In this document: positions 18,601 to 29,000 of the stretch, piece after piece
Position numbering within the stretch: position 1 is the stretch's first letter
Layout: the number at the start of each line of letters is the position of its first letter
Virus record (IMG/VR): IMGVR_UViG_3300020200_003236
Coordinates: 16,938 to 80,937 of that record
Direction: 5' to 3' (one strand)
DNA: 64,000 bases
From: a virus
Taxonomy: Duplodnaviria > Caudoviricetes
Position numbers and translations under genes: made by a program
Notes under the pieces: model-generated
The model's database searches: none
What the model was told of the DNA's origin: nothing
What the model saw: only the letters and a program-made list of their open reading frames with translations

Positions 18601-18879
18601 GTCCAATCTGGCTCTTTGGGCTGCTTCTATGTTTTCTTGTGAAGGATCGGCACAGGCTAGAGCTTCTGCTTCCATAGCCGCCTTCATCTTTTCAGTTATG
18701 TAAAAATCTTCTCTGTATTCGCTGAGGTTGTTGCTAGAAAAATCTCTTTCTACATAATAAATGACTAACCGATCCACTTTGTATGGATCGACTAAGCAAC
18801 CATTCGCATCCAAGGTTGTTAGATCAAATATTATATCATCTGTTGCAGATGGATTTTCTGTTGCATTTAATACGGCCAT
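15676..18879 (-). CDS. Baseplate wedge protein (P2 gpI / T4 gp7-like)
   Basis: LDESLLPYLSNTLG...WRKQIKRAVPLYKRKGTRGGI is the Tail_P2_I-type signature; position after baseplate J. Confidence 0.7.
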   Translation of the reverse strand: MAVLNATENPSATDDIIFDLTTLDANGCLVDPYKVDRLVIYYVERDFSSNNLSEYREDFYITEKMKAAMEAEALACADPSQENIEAAQRARLDAEASKTSSPFYFNDAKPAHIVGNKEFPAWLSSDEENSFLEHVTEDEDANPLVGNFKYTWQPVGMREGDYFICWTWTPLPAGESYSQHFKFYLKGATEVTTTIPTHQTPPKKYETLLERYTPEVFKMLLCDGDRTPDVIDKLNKSVADGFTVLENLANQIIDLYDGNVLDESLLPYLSNTLGLKLKSYDPTRWRKQIKRAVPLYKRKGTRGGIVEGLDQAGIKLVEYTPLWQVISAYTWQEIFKYDGETSWTLAKVALPIDVDNFQLSIRAEGEEDYTEISSDYVSFSTVDGVTTMTWEGSSLSTNPVDLIEGDIIKVLYKYNEIPSPVIQTIEDYVRALPLADQSDEVDQDYPLKNMNVRLIAENDPLFDVIIPQKHPYHDDIIFGKVRTEFPYSENIYNMEEYNGSIRNSKDPCDIDKDFLDPCFACLSSKYNVDLEIEELTNDRIYEAIQILTEHMPFHAVLQNLNIYGGFHEFMEQPEEVIEGFVRYSAQDDVIAGSGQMWFNRAMKRGTTTAAILRNQLATANPVASGAGIAFNDKIVIFCGDINFENLGMATNGSAVLEILSSSLAGKYRIDNPNKNTAQVSQGSISGVNDSSISEPITETNSSFENQVLSDRAFTFRISNQVEFDTPFGAVFVYQDNIQEVTDSNLDYQILNIKTQWDVAQGTASAPWQMSIPAYSGTPYDIKDILPNGAIVLDDSAHTLPLTNATGVIYTLLDEIGNVKGSSTTGFLRITSRGRTVATGTDIQDMFNLQEVEYYQLISNTQYKVIGLVPDTDDEFYISGYTGGDVGPITLTVWQRVTENQIGYLSHNGLKLDTSPTNHETGLPVSNGGNSVVPTPLENNTFKQNYLIDIDDNIYFMAEINGSLITLEGPDKYWETWQGGGTLVSYDIYQYEKTEDVTIPGQQFDLHDYTFRIIDRRGGEIITNTTTTSMMALSVGAGDDNVINYVQQGEGISFNIEYLNGSTEQGEI

Positions 18880-19424
18880 TTTTCCCCCGTTAATTTATAT
18901 TTCATGGTTGAGGGAATATCATGTTTTTTAAAAAGATCATGCCATTTAGGTAGAACTTTTTTAGCACTGGCTTTTCTAAATGCTATCATTCTTGTATATT
19001 CATAATCATATACAACCAAAGATAATTGATATTTTTTGTTTATCAATGAAATAAGATTGCTCAAATCATTTTTTGGAAACGATTCGCACTTAATGCTTAA
19101 TTGTCCCTGTTGCCAAGTACCGTCGTCAAGATACCAAATTAACAAACCAAATAAATCAATATTTTTGTGACTTTTCATAATTTTATTTTTGTGATTTTGA
19201 ATGCCATACATTTCTTTTCTGATTCTAGTATAAATTGGCCTAGTTGCCGTGAATAATTCTGGTCTTTTTTGTGTATAACATTTAGCCCCTAATTCAGACA
19301 ACATTTTGGTTTTCCAAACAACATATTCTTTGAAACAATAGTTTTTACAAGCAGGATCGTTTTTGGTGATCCCACCATCTCCCAACATGCTTCCTAAAAT
19401 TATTTGATATGTTGTTTTATTCAT
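18867..19424 (-). CDS. Free-standing LAGLIDADG homing endonuclease
   Basis: IILGSMLGDGGI and GLLIWYLDDG motifs; sits between baseplate J and the wedge gene, overlapping the wedge start. Confidence 0.8.
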   Translation of the reverse strand: MNKTTYQIILGSMLGDGGITKNDPACKNYCFKEYVVWKTKMLSELGAKCYTQKRPELFTATRPIYTRIRKEMYGIQNHKNKIMKSHKNIDLFGLLIWYLDDGTWQQGQLSIKCESFPKNDLSNLISLINKKYQLSLVVYDYEYTRMIAFRKASAKKVLPKWHDLFKKHDIPSTMKYKLTGEKWPY

Positions 19425-19427
19425 ATG

Positions 19428-20984
19428 TCACTCGTATACGAAATTTATTTCCATTGCATCCGGTCTGATTATTTCATAGTATTTGGTGGTAACTATGATT
19501 CCGCCGTTTTCTTCGTTGTCGGTCACGAAGTTGATGTTGTATTCTTTGACTTCTTTTATGTCAGAAAAAGCCTTTACTATTTCGCTGTCTTTGAGAGACT
19601 GTCCATATTCCCAATTTGGCAAAGCAAACAAATCAGCAAGTCTTCTTTCGAGCTTAATCCTTATTTCTTCTTCAAACTTTCTGTAGAACCTGTCAATTAC
19701 AACATCAATTTGAATGTCTACTAAAATTATTGTTCCATTTTTGATACAGATATGATCTGTCATCATCTTTCTTTCTTCTAAGTAGCTCTCCAACTCTACC
19801 TTTAGTTGATCCCCAGCTTCTTCCAGAGAATCTTGATCTTTTCTGGCCAAAACGTAAATGTCTACTATATTTGCAGCACAGCCATAGTTCCTTAATACAG
19901 CAACAGACTTGCCAATCTGTCCTTGATAAGCAGTGCCAAATTGGTCCGTCAGAGTTTTGTAATCTAGGCCAGTTACCGCACGATCTTGAGTGCGAATCCA
20001 AGCTGGTAGCTTTCTGCGTATATCTTCAATGGTATCGCCATCGTATCCAAATTGTGCTTTGGTGTAATTACTGAAAAAAACAGGGACGGAATAATCAAGT
20101 CCCGGCACTGTTATGATCGTTTCTGTATTAACAGCATTGCTCACCAAGTTGCCACGGCTACCGCCGCCACTTCTATAAGTTACTCTAATCTTCGACCCAA
20201 TAGATGGAATAAGTCCTGCTCGGTGGTTGCCAAATACAATGAAAGCAGAATAATTGGAATCATACTCGATTCGGTATTCTCTTCTGGGTTGAGAATCTGT
20301 AAAGTATTCTACTTGTTCCCATCTTACTCCATCCACATCGACTCTCACAGAATCATATATGACGGGCTGATATTTTAGCGTAAAGGATTGCCCTGCCGCT
20401 CCTGTTCCATCAAATTCTTGTGTTCTGGTTCTTCCTTCTAGTCCTATCAAACTGGCATTTACTATTGAATTTGCCGGTATGATTATGTTGTCATCAAATA
20501 AAGGGTTGTTGTCGGCATCGGCTGCAAACAATTCCATTGAGATTCTTTCGTTGCCACCATTTGCCTCTATGATGAATGGAGTGGTAATTACCACGTCAGT
20601 CAAAATTGGGTTGTTTAGGGAGGCTGTCCACAACGATTTTGCAGCAATTGGGGGTTGCGGGGCGAATCCTATGAGTTTAGACAAACGGAAGGCGTTGTCT
20701 ATTTCTGTGACCGTATCTATGAAGATTTCATTGGCTATTTGGTCCATCTTAAAAGACAGAGTATCCGCCACAAATGCCCAATTCTCAATCAACATAATAG
20801 CCAACGAAGATTCTACGAAGTCGCCAAACTCTTTTTCGTATTTTTGTTTGGTGAATTCAATCAATCTGGCCTTCATAGACCAGAAGTCTTGATTTGTGTA
20901 GTTTAAATTGAATATATTTGGCTTTTTGATTATTTCAGATTTTGCGTATGGCTGAATATCAAAAGGGCATCCACTACTACTCAT
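19428..20984 (-). CDS. Baseplate wedge protein J / T4 gp6-like
   Basis: YTNQDFWSMKARLIEF...FESS...DTVTEIDN, FGNHRAGLIP, YRSGGGSRGN, GYDGDTIEDIR, QDRAVTGLDY motifs. Confidence 0.85.
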   Translation of the reverse strand: MSSSGCPFDIQPYAKSEIIKKPNIFNLNYTNQDFWSMKARLIEFTKQKYEKEFGDFVESSLAIMLIENWAFVADTLSFKMDQIANEIFIDTVTEIDNAFRLSKLIGFAPQPPIAAKSLWTASLNNPILTDVVITTPFIIEANGGNERISMELFAADADNNPLFDDNIIIPANSIVNASLIGLEGRTRTQEFDGTGAAGQSFTLKYQPVIYDSVRVDVDGVRWEQVEYFTDSQPRREYRIEYDSNYSAFIVFGNHRAGLIPSIGSKIRVTYRSGGGSRGNLVSNAVNTETIITVPGLDYSVPVFFSNYTKAQFGYDGDTIEDIRRKLPAWIRTQDRAVTGLDYKTLTDQFGTAYQGQIGKSVAVLRNYGCAANIVDIYVLARKDQDSLEEAGDQLKVELESYLEERKMMTDHICIKNGTIILVDIQIDVVIDRFYRKFEEEIRIKLERRLADLFALPNWEYGQSLKDSEIVKAFSDIKEVKEYNINFVTDNEENGGIIVTTKYYEIIRPDAMEINFVYE

Positions 20985-20994
20985 TTTTCCTCCA

Positions 20995-21417
20995 TTAGCT
21001 GGCTACTGGAACTTCTAGTTTCAATTCGTTTACTTGGTCAATTTTTGCACGATCCACAAACAATATTCTAATTAGTAAAACCGCATCCGAGTCAGTTCCG
21101 TCTTCGTCCAACGGCCTAGAATACTTATCTAAGCCATTTTTGACATCAATTTGGGTGATTGCCACCCTTGGCTCCCACAATTTAAGCGAGCGAGCGATCA
21201 TGTTTTTTGCTTCAATAATCAATTTTGGATCATTTGGCTCAAACATTAACTTTCTCAGTGGAGTGCCGTAAGTAGGCAACATAACTCTTTCGCCAGGATT
21301 GGTTAACAAGAGAATCAGCATGTCTGCCTTCACTTGATTTATTCCGTCTTGTATAAAGAAGAATCCTCTAGGATTCTTCGTAATTGGATAGGGTATACCG
21401 GGATATTTAAGTGCCAT
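20995..21417 (-). CDS. Baseplate wedge protein gp25/GPW-like
   Basis: LLLTNPGERVMLPTYGTPLRKLMFEP...WEPRVAI is the gp25 family signature. Confidence 0.9.
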   Translation of the reverse strand: MALKYPGIPYPITKNPRGFFFIQDGINQVKADMLILLLTNPGERVMLPTYGTPLRKLMFEPNDPKLIIEAKNMIARSLKLWEPRVAITQIDVKNGLDKYSRPLDEDGTDSDAVLLIRILFVDRAKIDQVNELKLEVPVAS

Positions 21418-21454
21418 ATTTTTCCTTTAGGGATTGACGAACTCTCGTTCCCCA

Positions 21455-23686
21455 TTAATCACAGTGCGGACACTTCTTGCCGATGATAAACGGAACCAGC
21501 GTGCAACAAGAATCGTTCTGCGAATAGCTGCCAATTACTTTGCTACTCAATCTAACCACATTATTACATGTATCGTAAACCAAAATTGGCCCAACACAAG
21601 GATTAGATCCGCCGCAATCGCATCCATTATTGCCATTCCCACCCCCACACTCTTCGCCCGCCAATAACAAAATAACATTGGGATTGTAGAACAAATGCAA
21701 TTGATCGCTTACATTTATGTAAACATCTTTGGTGTAAACAAAATTAACCTTACTGACCAATTCAATTAGATTAGATGGGTTCTTTTCAAAGTCTCCAACC
21801 ACAGTGATGTGATTGTCATAAGTCATTGCCACATAGTTTCCACCAACTCGCAAAAATACTAATCCGGGGCCACTTGGGGCTTCTTGATAACGGTGAATGT
21901 GTGGCCCACGTTCTTTATTATCATATTGAGGACAGAAAATTTGAATGTGTTGACGTTGTGTTTCTTCTTGAGAAGCCTCATCTTTCATCAATATTTCCAA
22001 TCCATAACCAGTTCTAATCTTCACAAAAGCCTTCTTGGCCTTCGATACCGGCTGGAAATCTTCTGGCGGTGCGCCCTCGATTTCTCGACGGCATGGAGAA
22101 CATTGTTCATTAGTCCAATCAATCATTTCAAATGAGTGATTGCTAGTTGAACGCATTGTGAATCCACGTTTTTCACCGGCAATATTTGGTGGGCACCCAG
22201 GACACCCTTCTAAACTCTCGGTATGATCATTCATCTCAAAAAAGTTGCCAGTCGCAGTCTTCAAACGAATATAATTCTCTTTGCCACGCAATTGCATGGT
22301 GTCTTTCTTTCCTTGCGGACTTTCTACGTCACTCATTTCTATGGTATGACCAGTTGCCGACTTCCAATACGATCTGCCAACGTAGTGATTGTTGCAACCA
22401 AAGTCGAAAGACCGCATGCTGCGTTCCCACTCTGGGTTCCCGTTTGGTTCTTCTACTGAATCGTCCATTACAAATGTATGGCCAGATATGGACATAAATT
22501 GAATGCCAGATTGCGGCAAATCACATTTATTGTTCTGTGGTGTGCCCGGACCCTTGTAAGGACGACATTCATTTTTATGCTTGAAATATGGATTTGCACC
22601 CTTCTGCTGTTTATAATATTTTGTTTTAGGATGACCAGTTCTTGGATGACCACCAATAATTTTACTATTGCTTACTGTTCCTTCGCACTCTGTATCTTCT
22701 TTCTTCTTTCCTTCATCGGGATCAATATCTCGTGTTTTTGCTTCCTCGTCAATTAAAGCAATAACTTCCTCTGTACTCGATCCCGCTCCTACATCATCTC
22801 CGGTTTCTCCAAAGTTCAATCCACCTTTTGCACGATCTGGTTCCGGTGCTTCGCTTACATCTTCTACACAACTTACATCATCGTCTGGCACACCGCATTC
22901 TGGGTGTGACCACTGACCGGCATAATGCAAATGATCGTCTTTCATCATGATCCAGTTGCCGCAACCGGACATAATTTCAAAACGCTTCCATCTCCGGTTA
23001 CATTTGGGATCACCATCCACCATTTTTATCATGTGTTTTTCTGGTGTTTTGAATCCGTAAATGTTTGGATATGTGATGATTTTTTGAACTTCGGGTTTGT
23101 CTGCAAAGTCCAAAATTGATGTTAAATCGAAACCGTTGTAGCTTTCTGTGTTCCACGGCGGAAATACCTGAGATTCATCATCTGGTCCAACCATGTAACC
23201 TTTTCGGTGTCCCTCCCAGATTCGGTAGTATTCAGGGATGTTGATACCCCAATTGTGTTCTCCTGCTGGGCCTCTATTTCTTTGCCATGTGGTTCCAACA
23301 TAGTAGGCACTCGATCTGTTACCGTTTTCAAACAAAAGACATACTGTTGATCCTGCTGGGGGCACCCAATTTAGACCAGAATCATCAAACCCGCCCATTG
23401 AAGATACAGGCAAAGCCCAAGGCAATTTCTTTATAGGACTTTTAGGATTATGGAATACAGGAGAATAATATCTAATTCTATTTTGCTTCCAAATGTCTAT
23501 GGTTTCTACACACAATGCTGTGTATAAACCAAATTGCGTTTCGGCTTGTGAAACAACAGTGCTATGTTGTGCTAATTCAGCACGCATAACTCCACGCATT
23601 TCATAATTCACATTACCTAATCTGTTTTGAAGAGTGGTAATTTGTCTTTTTAACAAATCAATTTCTTGTTGCATTTCATTTAACAT
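21455..23686 (-). CDS. Baseplate central spike, gp5/VgrG-like
   Basis: LPWALP...GGFDDSG...VPPAGSTVCLLFENGN...YYVG (gp5 OB fold), then repeats of the form SGHTFVMDD / TGHTIEMSD / TGNFFEMND. Confidence 0.8.
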   Translation of the reverse strand: MLNEMQQEIDLLKRQITTLQNRLGNVNYEMRGVMRAELAQHSTVVSQAETQFGLYTALCVETIDIWKQNRIRYYSPVFHNPKSPIKKLPWALPVSSMGGFDDSGLNWVPPAGSTVCLLFENGNRSSAYYVGTTWQRNRGPAGEHNWGINIPEYYRIWEGHRKGYMVGPDDESQVFPPWNTESYNGFDLTSILDFADKPEVQKIITYPNIYGFKTPEKHMIKMVDGDPKCNRRWKRFEIMSGCGNWIMMKDDHLHYAGQWSHPECGVPDDDVSCVEDVSEAPEPDRAKGGLNFGETGDDVGAGSSTEEVIALIDEEAKTRDIDPDEGKKKEDTECEGTVSNSKIIGGHPRTGHPKTKYYKQQKGANPYFKHKNECRPYKGPGTPQNNKCDLPQSGIQFMSISGHTFVMDDSVEEPNGNPEWERSMRSFDFGCNNHYVGRSYWKSATGHTIEMSDVESPQGKKDTMQLRGKENYIRLKTATGNFFEMNDHTESLEGCPGCPPNIAGEKRGFTMRSTSNHSFEMIDWTNEQCSPCRREIEGAPPEDFQPVSKAKKAFVKIRTGYGLEILMKDEASQEETQRQHIQIFCPQYDNKERGPHIHRYQEAPSGPGLVFLRVGGNYVAMTYDNHITVVGDFEKNPSNLIELVSKVNFVYTKDVYINVSDQLHLFYNPNVILLLAGEECGGGNGNNGCDCGGSNPCVGPILVYDTCNNVVRLSSKVIGSYSQNDSCCTLVPFIIGKKCPHCD

Positions 23687-23698
23687 TATTCACCTTGT

Positions 23699-25150
23699 TT
23701 ATATTGATTCCAGTACTTCGCCTGAATCATTATCAAATGCCAATGTACCACATCCGTCACCACCCAATGTAGAACCTTGGTCAATGTCTGCATTTGGTGT
23801 ATCTAATTTCACTTTTATTGTCGTATTGTATTTTCCAGCTTCAATTTGATGATCTATTCCCAATATTAGCCATTTTTTATTGCTTAAAACTTCATTGCAT
23901 TTTGGCTCCGAAATCCAAGTACATCCTTCTATGGTGTATGGATTTATCATGACTATAGAAATAGTGGCACCAGCTAAAAGAACTGGATTTGCAAATTCTC
24001 GGCTTGGGTCGCCAAGAATTTTCAATTCAGCTTCTAATCCGGGTTTAATTTCATAATCTTTATTTGCACGAGTTTGAGCAGCAGTCGTTTCTTGGTTTCT
24101 TCTAGCCGAATTATTTGGACTGCCCCAATCTCTATCATTATGCTGAATAGTTTGATTATCTTGAGGACCGGCATTTTCTACGTCAATGTCTGGATCAGCC
24201 TTCTCGTCTCCAATAGCCGAATCTCCACCCATCGCAGTACCACCAGCATTGTTGTTAAACAAAATCCAATCTACAGTTGGCGTAAAACTTATAACTTCAC
24301 TACAATTTCCTCCGTTTACAACATATGTCCCTATCCAACGTTTACAACAAGGGGGATCTTCGTTTCTTCCGGGTTTTGGGTCTTCTGTAATTACAAGGTC
24401 TGATTCTTCTGGATCATATTGAATGATAGTTCCTTTATCATTGATTGTGAGGCCAGCGCTACCGAGCCACCTTCTAATTACAGATAAACCATTTTGTTGA
24501 TCGCCGGTCCATTTTGCTCTTGGCCCTTCTTCGTCACCCGTCGCTTTCCAACCAAATTCTCCTGCTGGTTCGTATCTTACCTCCATTACTGGATCGTTTT
24601 TTCCAAATACAGAGTCTATTGCATCTTTTAGAGGGATCTTGTTGTCGTCTGCTCCAAAATTGGCTTCTATTTTTCTTTCAAAGTGACGACTCATTAAGTC
24701 AACGCATTCAAGACTGATTTTAACAGTGCCTACTTCATAGTTTGTTTGCATTGTTTTAATCATAATGTGAATTGCCGGACTAGATTTCTTTTCTATACTG
24801 CCATCACACTTTTTGATAATCCATCCATATGTAAAATAAGTTAAATCTGTATCTTCTGTTGCACGATTGATTGTTTTGTTTACTGCTTTTGCAAACTCAA
24901 TGTACGCATTTCCACCCTCAGAAACTAATTCTATCTTCGCACCAACACCTGAACTGGCCACACCAAACCCATATTGAAACGATTTAATTACAGTTTTGTG
25001 CGGGTTGTTTGGCGAAGATTCATTGCCTACTGTGTAAAATGAGCCTCCCCGTATGCTCAACTCCACAAACGGGGCGAAAACAGCACCATCTATTGGTTCA
25101 TTTGGTGGGCCACAAGAATATGTGGATATACATTCATTTTCACAAGCCAT
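23699..25150 (-). CDS. Baseplate hub / gpD-gp27-like tail protein
   Basis: AELKILGDP...WLILGIDHQIEAGKYNTTIKV C-terminal pattern; position between the LysM gene and the spike. Confidence 0.6.
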   Translation of the reverse strand: MACENECISTYSCGPPNEPIDGAVFAPFVELSIRGGSFYTVGNESSPNNPHKTVIKSFQYGFGVASSGVGAKIELVSEGGNAYIEFAKAVNKTINRATEDTDLTYFTYGWIIKKCDGSIEKKSSPAIHIMIKTMQTNYEVGTVKISLECVDLMSRHFERKIEANFGADDNKIPLKDAIDSVFGKNDPVMEVRYEPAGEFGWKATGDEEGPRAKWTGDQQNGLSVIRRWLGSAGLTINDKGTIIQYDPEESDLVITEDPKPGRNEDPPCCKRWIGTYVVNGGNCSEVISFTPTVDWILFNNNAGGTAMGGDSAIGDEKADPDIDVENAGPQDNQTIQHNDRDWGSPNNSARRNQETTAAQTRANKDYEIKPGLEAELKILGDPSREFANPVLLAGATISIVMINPYTIEGCTWISEPKCNEVLSNKKWLILGIDHQIEAGKYNTTIKVKLDTPNADIDQGSTLGGDGCGTLAFDNDSGEVLESI

Positions 25151-25159
25151 TATTCCTCT

Positions 25160-25483
25160 TTAGAAAAAAGCTCCGGGTATTTTTATACTAAGACCACTTT
25201 TAAAATCATAAATGTCTTTAATGTTATTGGCTTCCATTATTTTCCACCAAAAGTCTGTCACACCATAAAATTCATTTGAAACTAAATCTGGTCTATATTC
25301 ATAGCCTTTTGTGATTATGGTGAACTTATCTTTTTTACTCGGTTCTATTTTTTGCTTTCTATACAATGGGTACGTTAGCTTCTTTTTCTCCGTATAGTAA
25401 ACTACCGGAGATTGAGCATAACGACTTGATACATTGACAAACTTTCTAGCCTGAATTTTTGTTGTTTCTATGTAATTCGCCAT
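25160..25483 (-). CDS. LysM-type baseplate protein (T4 gp53 / tail X-like)
   Basis: YEYRPDLVSNEFYGVTDFWWKIMEANNI...GLSIKIP. Confidence 0.8.
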   Translation of the reverse strand: MANYIETTKIQARKFVNVSSRYAQSPVVYYTEKKKLTYPLYRKQKIEPSKKDKFTIITKGYEYRPDLVSNEFYGVTDFWWKIMEANNIKDIYDFKSGLSIKIPGAFF

Positions 25484-25492
25484 ATTTTCTCC

Positions 25493-26026
25493 TTAAATAC
25501 TTGTTCCTAGAAATTGAATTTCTTCGGCATAAGGTAGATTTGAACTGTCATATACTACCTCAAAACTTAAATCTATGTCTAATTTATAAGGAACATATCC
25601 TATATCATCCCAAGCCACTTCAGTTGGGAATTTAATAGAGTAACTTTTCAGTACACAACACAATTCATCTACTGCCAATAATCGACCACACTTTATTTTG
25701 CAAATAGGGGGCGGTGCATAAGGCTGTTCTTTACTGCTAGGATAAACACAGGCTTCTAACAACTTTATTTTTCTCAATATGTCTTCTTGATCGCCCTCTT
25801 TGCAAACCATTAGGTGAATTGTCCAAGAAATTGTTCTATTCTCGGAGTATGCATAATTCTTAATTGGAAATGATCTGCCAATTGCTGACTCATCAGCATA
25901 ATTGGCACTTTTTGAATCAGAAATATCTGGCAATATTCTCATAACAATTTTGTCACTTAATTCTGGTATATCAATGTAACAATCTTCAATGTTTCTAAGC
26001 GAACCATCTGGTAATGTAGCTTTCAT
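25493..26026 (-). CDS. Tail tube initiator-like protein (gp48/GpU/CIS-tube type)
   Basis: SKSANYADESAIGRSFP...YSENRTISW...VYP...PPICKIKCG...VLKSYSIKF; immediately after the tape measure gene. Confidence 0.6.
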   Translation of the reverse strand: MKATLPDGSLRNIEDCYIDIPELSDKIVMRILPDISDSKSANYADESAIGRSFPIKNYAYSENRTISWTIHLMVCKEGDQEDILRKIKLLEACVYPSSKEQPYAPPPICKIKCGRLLAVDELCCVLKSYSIKFPTEVAWDDIGYVPYKLDIDLSFEVVYDSSNLPYAEEIQFLGTSI

Positions 26027-26034
26027 TTAACCTC

Positions 26035-29000
26035 TTATACTATTTGAGAACCGATATTCAAAATCTGTTTGCCGGAAGACTGGAAGTGCTTTCCAGCAGC
26101 CCATCGGTAATAATTGGTTGGCTTTTGACCAACTTTGTTAGCGGCAGTATCACCCACATTCGCTTCGCTGCTTCCTGCTTTTGAACTTTCGCCGCCCTTA
26201 AATATCTTGAGAATTTGCTCCAACAAAGAAACCATTTGTTCTTGCAAATCGTTTTCTGTTGATGCCGCTTGTGCCAATTCAGACAATTCTGGCGAAGAAA
26301 TTTGAGACGCTGCTGGTTCGGACGATGCGGCATTCTGCCTTACTTGCTGATGCACATCTGCTGTTGGCGGATGTACAGCAACTTGTGGGTTGGTAGCTGT
26401 CGCTGGTTGTTCTGCCCGAACTGTAGGGTTACTCCTCTGATGTTCTTGTTCTATTCTCTGCTCTGCCGATCTAATTGAGTCTCTTTCAGCACTTCTTTCT
26501 GCTTCACGGCGAGAAGCGTTTCTGCCCCCACGTTCCAAATACTCATTGGTCGTAGGACGACTTTGTAGCGCCTGACGGATTCTATCTCCTCTATTTGGTT
26601 GCGATTGAGCTTGCTGCAATGTTTGTTGTCCTCTCTGGACAGTAGACATAGCAGGCTGTATTTGGTCCCTAGTCATAGCAGGCTGTATTTGGTCCCTAGT
26701 CATAGCAGGCTGCAATGCTTGTCTTCTGGCCTCAGACAATGGATCGCCGCCAACTCTAGGAGTTACAGTTGGATTCGCTACGTTTGCAGGAATCGTTCCT
26801 GCTACAGCCGCAGTTGGGTCTGTAGAGACGCCAACTCTAGGAGTTACAGTTGGATTCGCTACGTTTGCAGGAATCGTTCCTGCTACAGCCGCAGTTGGGT
26901 CTGTAGAGATATCTGTCTTCGGTTGTTCTACTTTTGCAACTACTTCTGTCGGGGTTTCTTGTTTGAATAACTTTTTGATTGTATCAATTAGCATTAAGTC
27001 AGTTACATACAAACCATTGCCCGGAGTAATGGCCGTTATCATGAACTGGTCCATGTCTTTAGACAAAGATGTTGCCGCTTCTTGTTCTTTGCGAGCAACC
27101 TTATCGTCTTGTACTTGCTCAGTTGGGCTACCGGCATTTACGCTCTTTCCACCTGCGGCTGCTCCACCCCCAGCTTCGGTCATCTTGTTGTTCATTTCCA
27201 AAGCGGCAAGTTCGGCCAACGGCAAAGTCTTCAACAATTCAACGTCGATCCTCATGCCCCGAATGTCTTGCATTACTTCGCTCAACATTTGCAGAGCATC
27301 CTTTAAGCCACTCATTACTTCGGCCAAGGCTGAGATTCTAGCAGCCGCTTCCTGAATTTCAGAAGACGGTGGAAGGTGCTTCTTGATTGGTTCTAAAATT
27401 CCAGTGTTCAAAGCGCTTGCTATTCCTGAGAAGTAATCTGCGAAATTGTCAGTTTGTCTTCCGATCTTCGCAATCGGGGAGAACCACCACCATCCGGTTA
27501 CAAGTGGCCCCAACTCTGTAGAAACATTATTGAGTAGCAGGGCCACCTTCTTCACAGTTTCTGCCATGCCGTCCAGTTGTCCAACAACTTCGGTAAGTTC
27601 TTCCGACGATGGGAAGAATTGTTTTATTGGATTGATTATTCCATTCACCAAGCTGGCCGCAATACCCTTAAAGTATCTGGAAAATATTGCAGTCTTTACT
27701 CCCAAAAAGATGACTGAGTTCCACCACCATCCGGTTACAAGTGGCCCCAACTCTGTAGAAACATTATTGAGTAGCAGGGCCACCTTTTTCACAGTTTCTG
27801 TCATGCCGTCCAGTTGTCTAACAACTTCGGTAAGTTCTTCCGACGATGGGAAGAGTTTTATTGGATTGATTATTCCATTCACCAAGCTGTCCGCAATACC
27901 CTTAAAGTAGCTGGAAATTATTGCAGTATCTACTCCCAAAAAAGGATTGCTTATTATTATCCAAAATACATCGTTTACAGCAGGTGCCAATCCACTCAAG
28001 AATGGTGGAACTTGCTTCACAGTTTTTGCCACGCCGTCCAGTTGTCCAACAACTTCGGTAAGTTCTTCCGACGATGGGAAGAGTTTTATTGGATTGATTA
28101 TTCCATTCACCAAGCTGTCCGTAATACCCTTAAAGTAGTCGGAAATTATTGCAGTCTTTACTTCCAACAAAGGATTGTCTATTATTGTCCAAAATACATC
28201 GTTTACAGCAGGTGCCAATTCACTCAAGAATGGTGGAACTTGCCCCACAGTTTCTGTCATGTCGTAAAGTTGTCCAACAACTTCGGTAAGTTCTTCCGAC
28301 GATGGGAAGAGTTTTATTGGATTGATTATTCCATTCACCAAGCTGTCCGTAATACCCTTAAAGTAGTCGGAAATTATTGCAGTATCTATCTTCGCAATCG
28401 GGGAGAACCACCACCATCCGGTTACAAGTGGCCCCAACTCTGTAGAAACATTATTGAGTAGCAGGGCCACCTTCTTCACAGTTTCTGCCATGCCGTCCAG
28501 TTGTCCAACAACTTCGGTAAGTTCTTCCGACGATGGGAAGAATTGTTTTATTGGATTGATTATTCCATTCACCAAGCTGGCCGCAATACCCTTAAAGTAT
28601 CTGGAAAATATTGCAGTCTTTACTCCTAAAAAGATGACTGAGTTCCACCACCATCCGGTTACAAGTGGCCCCAACTCTGTAGAAACATTATTGAGTAGCA
28701 GGGCCACCTTCTTCACAGTTTCTGCCATACCGTCCAGTTGTCCAACAACTTCGGTAAGTTCTTCCGACGATGGGAAGAGTTTTATTGGATCGATTATTCC
28801 ATTCACCAAGCTGTCCGCAATACCCTTAAAGTAGTTGGAAATTATTGCAGTCTTTACTCCCAAAAAAGGATTGTCTATTATTGTCCAAAATACATCGTTT
28901 ACAGCAGGTGCCAAGCCACTCAAGAATGGTGGAACTTGCTTCACAGTTTCTGTCATGCCGTCAAGTTGTCCAACAATTTCGGTAAGTTCTTCCAACGATG

